64,000 nucleotides of DNA from Aplysia californica. Taxonomy: Eukaryota. Location: contig NW_004797348.1 of NCBI RefSeq assembly GCF_000002075.1, forward strand, positions 1,528,713-1,592,712. Direction: 5' to 3'. Position numbers and translations under genes: made by a program. This document shows positions 24,848 to 36,800 of this stretch, in pieces; the first letter of the stretch is position 1, and each line of letters opens with the position of its first letter. Below the pieces are notes generated by a model. That model did no database searches. It was given only the letters and a program-made list of their open reading frames with translations, and was not told the DNA's origin.

Positions 24848-26634
24848 TAGCAATGACCACGAAAAACCTTTTTTTTTGTCAGAAAGTGTTTGCAAATAGG
24901 TGCATTTTATAGCTCTATCTCCACAGAGAATGGAACTTTTTGAATTTCTGAAATCCATCAATAAACAAAAAAGTTACGAATTTTTTAATCAATTAATTTT
25001 TTTTACACTTTTATATAATGAAAAAACCCCAAAATATGGGACGTTCTTTGGTGAGGTTTGAGACAATATTCGTCATAACTCGCTCATTTCTCGGAGTATT
25101 TAAATGAAACTTGGCAACCCAGTACATTTTCTAGTGCAGAATCTAGTTCTGCTTTCAGATTTTTCATAGCTATCCTACTTTTTGAGTTATGAAGATGTTT
25201 TTTATAGGTAAAAATGTGGCGGTTTTCGGTGCGTTTTGAGACAATATTTGTCATAGCTCGCCTATTTCTTGGAGTATGTAAATGAAACTTGGCAGTCTAG
25301 TACAGTTTTTGATGCAGAATCTAGTCATGCTGTCAGATTTTAAATATCTGTCATACTTTATGAGTTGTAAAGACATTAACAGGTAAAAAAGTGGCGTTTT
25401 TTTTACAGATTTACAAAGATTATCAGTCATATCTTCTCCCAAAGTCATGATATTTGAATGAAACTTGGCAACATAAAAGGTTCCTCCTTGCCAAGCAATG
25501 ATCTGGATCAATTTGTCACAATAATGTAAGTAGAGAATTGGCTCTACTAGTAAAAGCATGCATACTTTGTTATAGTAAATAAGATCGTCTCTGTGTATAT
25601 CCATTGTTGGTCAGTGTCCTATTGTGTGGTAGATTAAGATACGTTTAGATAATATAGTTTACAAGTCATGGGAATATTTCGCACGTGTAGGCTACAACTC
25701 ATACTATAAATGTAATATATTATTTACACCCCCCCCCCCCCCTTCTCTCTCTCTCTCTCACGCACACACACACACATGCACGCACGCGTGAACGATAACA
25801 ATGTATAAACGGGACTATCTTCCCAGACTGGACTGAATAAGTACCGTACTCTTTAATAACAATCTTAATGCCTCACTTTTCCAAACAGTGCACATAGGAC
25901 GAGTCCAAGTGTGTGCTTTTCCCAAGAGGGGGGAATAGGCTTTCATAACGCAAACACAATGCCATACCACTTCTCAAGATGTTTGCTTTTCTGTTTCTAT
26001 TCTTCTGTCGTGCAATCAAGCAAATAAAAATGACTACATCTATTGTAGGCCTATTGTGACTAAAATGCAACAAAAACGCAAGTTATCAAGGCTCCCGTTA
26101 AGTTTTCAAGTATCCTTCCCCCCCTTTTTATTTCACATAAGCGGGGCCTCGTTTGTAGCGCCCGAGGCGACAGACGGCTGATGACGTCACTCAGTGGAAA
26201 TTTCCAGGCCGCCGGCCATTCACCTGGCATGCGCAAATGGCAATGTCGCTTTTTCCCTTAGTTACTCCCACATTTTTAAAGATTACGCCAAAACCGCTAC
26301 ACACAGAAATTTTAAGGGAATAAAGAAAAATGGTGTACAACGTATCAGTCAGTTTGACAAATCACAGCTCCGAAAAACCTTCAAAGCGCACCACATCAAC
26401 CACTTTCGCAAACGTTTTCGACTGCTTCTAGGATGGGTACAATGTTGTCAAACTGCACACTACGAGATTGACCTCTTTTCTGATTGGCTAACAAGTTTCA
26501 TTCATATCCATTCACGAGAAGCGGCGTGAGAGCGAGTTGAAGACAACAACCTTTGCGTTAGTGAGTCCCACGAAACACCCCCGCGGCGGGGGCCAAAAAT
26601 CGGCAGAACAAAATGCGCTCGGTGGGCATTGCTA
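24848..26634 (+). mobile_element. 1.8-kb non-autonomous DNA transposon, copy 1 (TIR TAGCAATG.CCAC, 7-bp TSD CAATATG)
   Basis: TIRs 12/13 identical; CAATATG at 24841-47 and 26635-41; highly similar copy at 36834-39160. Confidence 0.85.
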
Positions 26635-27398
26635 CAATATGTCACATCTTTAAAGGAAAACCCAATCAACAGATAATTTCATTACAACCTGACACAAACT
26701 GAGCCTGGGGTAGAGTGCACCATGTAAAAAAGTATATCTATATGGCCATTGCTGTGCTACTATAAAACTTACAAAATTGTTTGATAATGTAAATCTTTTG
26801 CTTGTTTTATTATATTTTGGTCCTGGAACTTACGTCTGATTAGAAAAGTATGGCATTATTTCCTCAAAGAACAGACCATGCAGGATGCTCGTTAAGTTAC
26901 TAAACATACAGTCAGGAGAAACAACTCAGTTCTCAATACTATGCCCCTTCCCCCATCAATTCGGGTCAGCCGTGCATGATCTGTTTTCATTTTCAGTCTG
27001 CCTGTATAATAACTTTACAGTATATACATATTTATACACTACTCGAATAGGCTTTTAAACAGAGACAAGCAGTATAGAGTAATTACACAAAGAGAATGTT
27101 TGAACATCTTAAGAACACTAAAGAAGAAAAATAGATTTTAAAGAAGAAAAAATACAAAAGCATAGAAAGTTTATTACTGTTTAATAAACAATGAAAGTTC
27201 ATCAAAAAGTACATAATATTTATGAATATGAATGATGAAAGCTGCTGACGCACTTAACAACACTTTTGGAAACTAATTATTAAAAAAATATCCCCCTATC
27301 CCTCTCATTAAAATATCCATGAACTCTGATCGCTATATAACAATTCAAAAACAGCCAAGCTTTCAGGAGTAACCCCTGGAGTCTCCATTATGCTTTAA

Positions 27399-27516
27399 CC
27401 CCTTCACTCTTCAGTTTCCCCATCAGAAACCATTATTATTTCAGTCCGCAGCTTTGTGAGGGGAAACAAAGGCAGTTGAGAGGTAGTGAGTCTACTCAAC
27501 ACTGGCAGTGAAAAAG
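27399..27516. mobile_element. Tiny piggyBac-like MITE in the predicted RBM8A 3' UTR
   Basis: ttaa-CCCCTTCACT ... AGTGAAAAAG-ttaa. Confidence 0.4.
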
Positions 27517-27799
27517 TTAACTTATCATCAAACCCATTTCTATTAAATGAACACAATTTAGAGAGACACCCCCACCCTCTTCAAGACCATAAAACAACAT
27601 TAAAGCAGAACAGTATAATGAGGTAATGGGGGGAAACACAACAAAATGAAAGTTCAGTTTTCACCAATGATTTAATTTTACACCCCATAATATCCATTAC
27701 TAGCTTACTGTTGGGCAATTTTCAAGAATCTGCTTCTTGTTCATAACCAAACATTCAATAAAATACACACACACAAAAAAACAAAACAACAACAACAGA

Positions 27800-27830
27800 T
27801 TATCTCCTTCTTCTGTCATCTCTTTTGGAT
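27800..27830 (-). CDS. RBM8A: RBM8A exon 6 coding part
   Basis: ttttcctcag|A TCC AAA AGA GAT GAC AGA AGA AGG AGA TAA ([10 protein letters not shown]); minus-strand AATAAA at 27170-27175. Confidence 0.85.
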
Positions 27831-30800
27831 CTGAGGAAAAAGACCAAATTTAAAAAAATTAAAAACACATTGCAAAAAGAAAACACCCCAAGACAAATGT
27901 CCACACGTGTTGGTACAAGAGAAAACCCCTGATAGGTCCAACAAGATTAGATGGCTATGTGTCTCTGGATAGTTCACTTATACTNNNNNNNNNNNNNNNN
28001 NNNNNNNNNNNNNNNNNNNNNNNNNNNNNNNNNNNNNNNNNNNNNNNNNNNNNNNNNNNNNNNNNNNNNNNNNNNNNNNNNNNNNNNNNNNNNNNNNNNN
28101 NNNNNNNNNNNNNNNNNNNNNNNNNNNNNNNNNNNNNNNNNNNNNNNNNNNNNNNNNNNNNNNNNNNNNNNGTTCCAAGGGTGAAAGTACTGACAGGTTC
28201 AAAAACCTGAAATGCCAATGAGTAAAAATGCCTACGCCTGAAAATAACACACGTTGAGAAACATCGTCAGATAAACGCACACAATATTATAAAATACACA
28301 TATTCCTTCAAGATACATGTAGTACATGTATTTTCATCAATGCAATCCCTTGAAAACTATCCATCCAACTGGGTTCTGTGTCCACAAAACAGCAATGTTA
28401 ATTTTTTCACAGATGTATTAACTGACACTACAAAGTGTCTTATCACAATCCCCACTGAGACACACAATTTTTTTTAAAGCGCTGTGTCACTGTCACAGTC
28501 CACATTTGTACTTTTTGAACTACAACTGTGGCTTCTTGCTAAATAAGATGTCAGCAATGATGCATGGCACTTGTGGACACATTGTTTGGGGCTGTAGGTT
28601 GGGCTGTTGCAGTGGTCCAAATGTCTACCACCCCCCCCCCCCTCCCTGTAAGCCTTGAAAGACTCTTCAACCAGCATGCATGAACTTAAGTTGACCCCGT
28701 CAACGGATGGTCCCTGACACGCGCGAAACTCACACGTTGAGGTCATGTCACGTGATGCGCAGGCACGATTGGAAGATTTACTCATGGGTCTTGATGACAG
28801 GCCCAACAAAACATAACTTGGAGTTGGACAAAGCTTGTTTTGAAAGTAACAGCAGAACTATGAATAATATTGATCATTTGTGTGCCGCATCTGGAACAGT
28901 TATCAGGCCATCATTGGAGAATTCTGAGATTTCAGGTCGGTAGCTGAACAACTGGACTACACCGCAACTAAAGTGAGCAGGCTAGATCTAGGTCTACCGC
29001 TGAACACTCCTGTGTCGAATGAAACAAACACATCCTTGGCCTACACCTAGGCTACACTACTGCCCTCGGCTTGTGCCTATTGAAAGGTCATAGACCTTCA
29101 CTCCTACTCTGCCTCTCTCTCTCTCTCCACGGCTACATTGGTAAAATGAAATTAGCAGCCATCTATAGGCCTACATTTAATTAGATTTACCCTCGATGTC
29201 GCCGATTTTTTCCCTCGCTATGTACGAATTGTCAAGTCTTTGTGTGTGTTTTTATACACAGAATAGTACAGGCCTCCAAGACAAAATTCGGGACCTCAAA
29301 TTCTGTTCGCTTCATCTATTATTCTATGTACGTCTTGTCTACATTTAATGAAAGAATGAATTTCCTTTTTTCTTTTTTAAACTAAATCACAATCTTTAAA
29401 GTTGGACCTTGACGTGCTTATGCTTGCCCCAAACAACGCACAAACATGAGCCAAAGATATAAAAACCAGCCACAATTTGCAAAGAATGGATAAACCTGGG
29501 CAAATCACAGAGCAGACTTGCCAGATCAATAACATTGAGGTCGTAGTGTTTAGTCCGACATAGAGCTAATTGGGTTGTTTCTGGGCGTGCAACGCTCATT
29601 TTCGCCAGTAGTATGGTAACCAAATGCAAAAAGCTACAGACTGACTGTGGATTGGGAGAATGACTACTTCTGAAATTTTTATCAAGTTGAGAATTTGTCC
29701 CAAACCGGAAAAGTTGGGAAGCTTAATTTCAAAAGCCGGAATTCTGGCATATGCCAGAAAACTTTCACCCATGTGAGTTTGCCGATTTACATGTTTCAGA
29801 CCTGTACTCCTTTCCATGACCAAAATTAGGAGTTATCTTCAGAAATGTCCCTAAAATAGAAGTTTGGGGAAAAAAGAAATTGAGTTTCAAGAACCCCAGT
29901 GGATTTTAAAAAATGGGATTTTGTGCAAATCCAATTGAGGTTCTTTGATAGGAAAAAAAAAAGAGCCCTGAGTATATTGATTTTAATTAAGAGAAAAAAA
30001 AAAGGGTTCCTTTTAGAAAGTCCCAAGTTTTCGTCCGTTGGAAATAGGTTTTCCAAAACTCCATAAGTCAGTTTTGACTTGCGCCTGATTTCATCACGAC
30101 GCTTAACACATACATAGTCAATTTTGACGAGCGTCTGATTTGTGGTGAAATCAGGCGCTCGTCAAAACTGACTTACAGAGCTTTGGAAAGCCACTCTTCA
30201 ATTCGGTGAAAGTGAGTTTCAAAGGAATTTGGTAATGCTACTGTCATAAAAATCAGCAGCTGACAATGTTAGCCATCACATTACAAAAGCGCCAGACCAT
30301 TAAACACTACTGTCTTCCACATTTTAAAGACTTTCATTCAGACAAGACAGTGTCTTTGCTTTTTCTATAAAAACTGTGACTGCATTCCACATAATACACA
30401 CGCATTAGAAAACAAAAACAAATTCATGTAATTGCTTTAACTCATTTCACCCAGCCTTCGTACATATACGTTGGGCCCCTGCGTTTGCCACGGCAGGTCT
30501 ACATAAATTGATGTAGTGAATATTACTATACAAAAACCATGCTCTTATCCACATTTCCGGGTTTTCAAAGAGAGCTAAAATATCCTCTACGACATGTAAA
30601 ATAAATCCCATCTATCAGATACCAGAAACTAAATTTTCAAAGTAGTTGAATGCCAAATTTATCAGTTCCATTTGAAAGGCCTATATCCACTAAGCATCTT
30701 GGTACCATTCTATATAACCTCTCAGTCAATTTTTAAGAAAATGGTAGTTGTTTAAAATTTGATCAAATTTGTTAAAGTCAGTCACTGGCTGCAACCCCAT

Positions 30801-33800
30801 GTCTGACAGACAATAAAAGAGTACCAAGAGCACTAAACATCTCCACATTAACAGAGTACAATTACTATAACAAATATATGGAGCCTAATTTTTTTCAAGA
30901 CTGTGAGATCATTACAAATCAGTACTTTATCGCCTCAAACACGATGATCTGTCGTTATTTCGACAAAAACACCGAGCGTTGACCCTGCCGGCGCCGCACC
31001 GGGCCCTGCGGCGAGCGAGTCGGCTCTATACTGTAGTGTACCCCGCATGCGGGGTCACATGCTTTCTGAGTCTCGCAGAAGGATTGATGAAAAATAATTC
31101 CAAGCTGATTACTTTATTCTAATAGAAAACAAGCTGATCTTTTATTAGATGTATTTTTTAAGCCGGTATTTTACATATTATGGGTAAAAAGTGATCTTTG
31201 AACATTTTGACAGTATTTTTAAAAGCTTTCTATTTAGACGCCAAAGGCAAAACACATACCACGGGAAAGCCCGTTTAAAGCTCTACAGTTCTCCCCCAAT
31301 GAAAAGACGGTATTTAATCATTCCTCGTTCCGCGAAGCATTTGAATGCACCCGTGTCAATTTTCCAACCGGCCGACCACGAGGGGCTTCGCTTTCGTCGG
31401 CGATTCTCCAGCTCCTACTAATCGGACATAAAAACAACTTACACCATTGTAACGAGGAAAAGCTGAACTTTTAGAAGGTGTACAGCACTTGGTGTTTTAT
31501 AATGAAAGAGCAAAGAAACAGCGATCGGAATTACCCCGATTTCACCGATACCGCGCGGTCGGAAGGCCGCGAGTGCCCGCGAGGCCGTGTTTACGCTACC
31601 TACATCTATTGCTTTGCAAAAAAACCAATAAAAAACAACCCCAAACAACTAAAGCTATTAAATATTGAGACAAACTGCAAACAAATAAGTTAGGTGATAA
31701 GCAAAACAGGAAACAGCCACAATAAAAACAGCCGTATAACAGCCATAATTGTGATTGTTAAAATACATGAACCCTGTTTTTTTAGTTTTACTTTGGGCAC
31801 AAGCAGAAAGAGTGTGAAAGTAGATATAAATCTAGAAAAAGAAGGATTGATATTCGTGCCTTGAAATCTTCGTAAAAGCTATCTAGATCGTAGGTTTATT
31901 GGAGTTGCTATGGGTGAATCTAGTGCCAATGAGCTGCAGTCTGAGAAGAACTACATTGATTTCTCTGCTCTTTTCATCCTCCTTCTCTCTAATAAAGTTA
32001 CCAAATCATATTTTGTAAAATCTAAGCAAAATTTCTTATTAATAGCTTAAATAGTTGGAGAGCACTAACTTTAGTGTGTCTAGTTCAGACCTATTTTTAT
32101 ATCCCGACTTGCTGCAAGCTAGGCCGAGATAAATAAGTGCACTGGCAACGGCCACACAGGGTGACTAGGGTTAAAGGGCAGTCAACTCATAGACATTGGC
32201 TTCAACATGCAGGACAATATTCCTCCTTTATGCTTTCGTACCTGTCTTTTCTTGGTCCTCTGACAAACGCCCAGTCCACACTTATTTTCTGACCTAAAAT
32301 CTCAGTACCATTCAGGGCGTCCATTGCATTCTGGGCCTCTTTGAACGTTTCGTATTCCACCAAAGCGTATCCCTAGTGGCAAAAAAGAGAAGTCACATAC
32401 CATCAAGTAAATGAGTGAGGTAAATTTCAATGTTAAATATGTCAGGTAAACTTCAATGTTAAAGACCAAAAATATTGACACATATGTGTTGACAATCACT
32501 CTAAAGAAAACTACTTTCATAGATGAAAGTTGACCAGGTAAAAAAAACTGAACACCACAGGCAAAGCTTGTTACACTGCGAAAAGAAAACTTCAGCGCTC
32601 AACACAAGACATTCATAACTTGATAATTCTACTACTACCACCATGTACGGGCAGGATGAATTTTGTAGTTTTTCATATAGTTTTCCTGCTCGTCTTCAAG
32701 GCTAGATTAGCTTGATTTACTTACGGGTCGTTTAAAAAACAAAATTCATATGTGAGACACATTTCATCTTGGACCAGAATAGCCTTCTTTGTTGATTTCT
32801 GGAAGATGAGGAAGACTTTCATCAAGGAATGTTTTACTCAACCCAAATATACAAATTATAAGACACATCCTATCCATACAAAAACTTCATCAGCAAAGTC
32901 CAGCAAGTCCCATTAGTTAGTACTAAGCAAAACTCCCACATAAAAAAAAAATCAAAAGGAGCTCGTAAAATCTTTTGTAAAATCTAAGCAAAATTTCTTA
33001 TTAATAGCTTAAATAGTTGGAGCGCAATGCGTGTCTAACTTTAGTGTGTCGAGTTCAGACCTATTTTTATATCCCGACTTGCTGCAAGCTAGGCGGAGAT
33101 AAGTATAAGTGATCATACCTTGAGAAAACCTGTTCGTCTGTCCAGGTTCAAGTGCATGTTCTTGATCTCTCCATACTCCCCAAACTTCTCGTAGATGTCA
33201 TCCTCCTGAGACTCTTCATGGACACCAGTGACAAAAAGAATCCATCCTTCCACAGCTACAGAAAAGAAAGAAACAAGACCTCTATATGCACTAACACTTT
33301 GATGAGAAGCTTCCCTCAAACTAAAAATAAGGTTTGCAAGTACTCCTAACCCTGGAAGTGCGATGGCCCTATATATTAGATGTGAGCCGGGCTACCCGGG
33401 AAGCTCGATGGCTCTATATATAGGGCCGACCTACTTCGACTGGGAAGCATGCGAGCCCTATAGAAAGGGCATAGACCCTGACCATCTTTAATGGAAAATT
33501 TCAATGTTCCCTATGTGGTAAATGATGCATTAAATTGCAGGTCAAAGTCATAAATAGTGACCAATGAGTTTGCAAGTTACTTTGAATTCGTAGCACGTCC
33601 CTTGGCCTAGACATGATCTACAAAGTGATGCGGTCCAGCTGAACGACTACATGCTATGTGTTATCAACTGTTCTGCTGTGCTAATGAACTAATTGTTGAC
33701 TTCATCGTGTTTTGCACTTTGTATGCAATTGTTTGATTGCTTATCATTTTTTAATGGCTCATTCTATCAGCTTTGAGAAAAGATATCGTTTTATATGTCT

Positions 33801-36800
33801 CTTATCATCTGTTGAGTCATAAATGGTCATTTTTCAGTAGCAGGACGGAATAAATCTCTGATATCTCAGCTAATATCCCCTCCATCAAACCCCCATGTAT
33901 ACAACCGATCAGCCATGGCAGCAGGGCGTTTGGGGCAGGTTACTTACGGTGAAGTGCTGCGCACTTCTTGGGTTAAGATACTGAGTGTGATGAAACATTT
34001 CCAAGGGTACCATAAGTGGGCTTTTCACACCCCAGTCTTGACTTTGAATAGTACAATGCTCACATCAAGTCAAACAAAGTTCTCTGGGGACTTAAACTCA
34101 GTACCCTTATACGTCTCTTCCCCCCCCCCCTTCTTTGTTTTACTACCTTTCCAAAATCATAAAAGAGTCTCATTTCTACAAGCAGTTTCATCTGCTAACG
34201 GCAATTACAATTTTCTATTAATGCAAACTGATCATGAATTTTCCAAGATCTGCTTTACAAAGTTAAGCTGTCATCAAAGAATCAAGATTCTGTTTTCCAT
34301 TTCATTAAATTTCTAATTTATGAAAAGTGATGTGGGGTCCTTTTGTTCATAAACAAAATGCTCTTTAACTAAACTACCATGAGTTGATGGTTTTCACTCC
34401 ACTCAAGATGTCACAAAGCACTGTTTAGCTAGTGACGACTCGCATGAACCTTGCTTAGTTTTACCTATTTTCTGAAGCCGCAAATCTGTTGTAAGCTGAC
34501 AAAACGCCTTATTACATTTTTGGCGTAACAATTTTTTATTTGCAAGATAAAAAGCCTGATCCGTTACCCTACTAATGTGAAAAATCAAAGTGAAACTGTG
34601 ATAAGTGTTCGAATAATTTAGAATTCAAATTTTGGAATAATGCCTTCTTAAAAAGGTTATCTGACTCTATCTGGAAACTGCTGTGGGTTTTTTTTAAAGG
34701 CGTTTTGTCAGTTTACAGCAAAAATAAGAGTACAGAAAAAGATGAACTTGGAAGACAATAAAGGAAAATCAGAAACCAATCCAAGTAATTGTTTTTGATA
34801 CAAATCAACCCCCTAGGTATCTTGCCTAGCACCAAATCTTAATAAGTTTGACCGGCTCTGTACTAACAAGGAGGCACTCTGCACTGTTTAAAACAGTAAG
34901 AAATAAAAATAAATCTCTTTACATCTCTGAGGTCCGGGTCCCTCAGACTCATCATATTCAACTTCCATTCCTTCATACTGATCGACTCCGCTGCGCGTGG
35001 GGCCCTCTGAAACAGACAAAAGACAGTGTGAATGTGAAACAAACATTTATTTAACAATTACAATTGAAAGAAAGAAACGTGCAATACCAAATGGAGATTC
35101 TTGAACATCTAATGCCACAGCATGTGTTCACATACTGTCTCTAACAGACTACATGATACTAAAGCATAACTGTAAAAAAAATATGAAGAATACACATGAT
35201 TTTGATTAATTGTTGAACTGTCACAGCCGAAACACTTACTGCACTAGTGTAGTTATTGTCATCGAGTTAAGTTATGATCTCAATCAAAAGGTAGGAAACA
35301 TTGCATAATGATAAGTAAACAAAAGTAGCTTAAAAACAGCTATCATGTAACATGGAACAGCTTATACAACAAAACAATGTCATAGATCAACTAGTTGGAA
35401 GCTTTGCATGATTAGCAGTCAAAAGTAAGGTAAAAACAGTCATCACATCAAATGGAATGGCTCATACAGTCAAAACTGTCTCAGACAGCCACCCACTGTC
35501 CAGAAGAAAAATGGCCGTATCAAACAGGCGGTGTCTTACACAGTGTCATCCTAATATAAAAAATATGCAAGGGAGGAAATGGGAAGTGGCATTTGTACAG
35601 GTGGTTGTCTTACACAGGTGGCTGTTAAAGCAAGTTTGACTGTATTTGTGTCACAACACGGAGGAATCAAGTGCTCGTCAACTTGTAAGCACATGGAGTT
35701 ATTGGTATCACCTTGAAGCCTGTTTCTTTGCCTTGCTTGTGAGGGAAAAAAATACCCATCTATCTCAAAAAGAAGTCCAGATATTTGCGATTAAAGGAGG
35801 TGGGGGCCGCTTGGTGTCAGAGATATAATTAGTGAGAAAATGGTTGCCAAAGACTGGTGACTTTCAGTGTCTTTGAAACCCCAAAGTTACATTTTCTGTG
35901 CTTTTGATCAACCTTCTTCAATAAATCCACGTGTTTTTAAGTTATCAAAAAGGATGCTGAGCCCCCCCCCCCCCCCCCCCCCCCTGAAAAAAGTTAAATG
36001 AAAACTGACCAACAGGCAGTAAATGTCAATTTCTTTGACTTCATTATTTTAGCGAGCACCTGATTTCACCGAAATGACACAATGTCTTTTTACCTCCACC
36101 AAATCCTCTGCCTTTCCTCTTTTTTGCCTTTTCTTTAAGCTTTTGAAGGCCCTCTGAAACATGAAACAAAAATCATTTAATAATGTCATGAGAAATCATA
36201 AGTATAATTGAATCAAGACAAATTATAACAATCCACATGAGGAACAATGTACATACTCCAAGACTCGACAATCTAAAGAAACAAGCCTGACTATGACAGA
36301 TAATGACCAGTCAAGGACAATCTTGGCATCAGACTTGATTAAACCCCTTTGTGGCCAGGGGGTGCACATTCCAACTGTCAGCACTGATCTACAGCTAAGC
36401 TAGGCACTTGGATAAAAATGCTTTCAAATTGCTTTAAAAACAATACCAATGCAAAGAGCTCAGTAACATGATTCCAACGCTACCTTAGTTATTGCTCCAT
36501 GTTGAACCGTTTTTGAGATATGGCATTTTAAAGATCTTTTCCAGGCGAAAAAAAAAAGAAGAAAAAAAAGGCAATTTTTGTGATCGAAACAGCAAGAAAA
36601 ATAAGGGAAATGTTAGCTGCTTCAATATGCTGCTGCGTACATGCAAAAACCAAACATTTTCTGAAACCTTGTGATGTTGAGGACAAAATAACAGTCAGAC
36701 GAGATTTTTAAAACATATCGTGGTGGGTAATATTATACAACACTGTGTTGCGTAATGTGACCGCATCGTCCTGCGGTCAATATATTTTGCCATAACTTAT

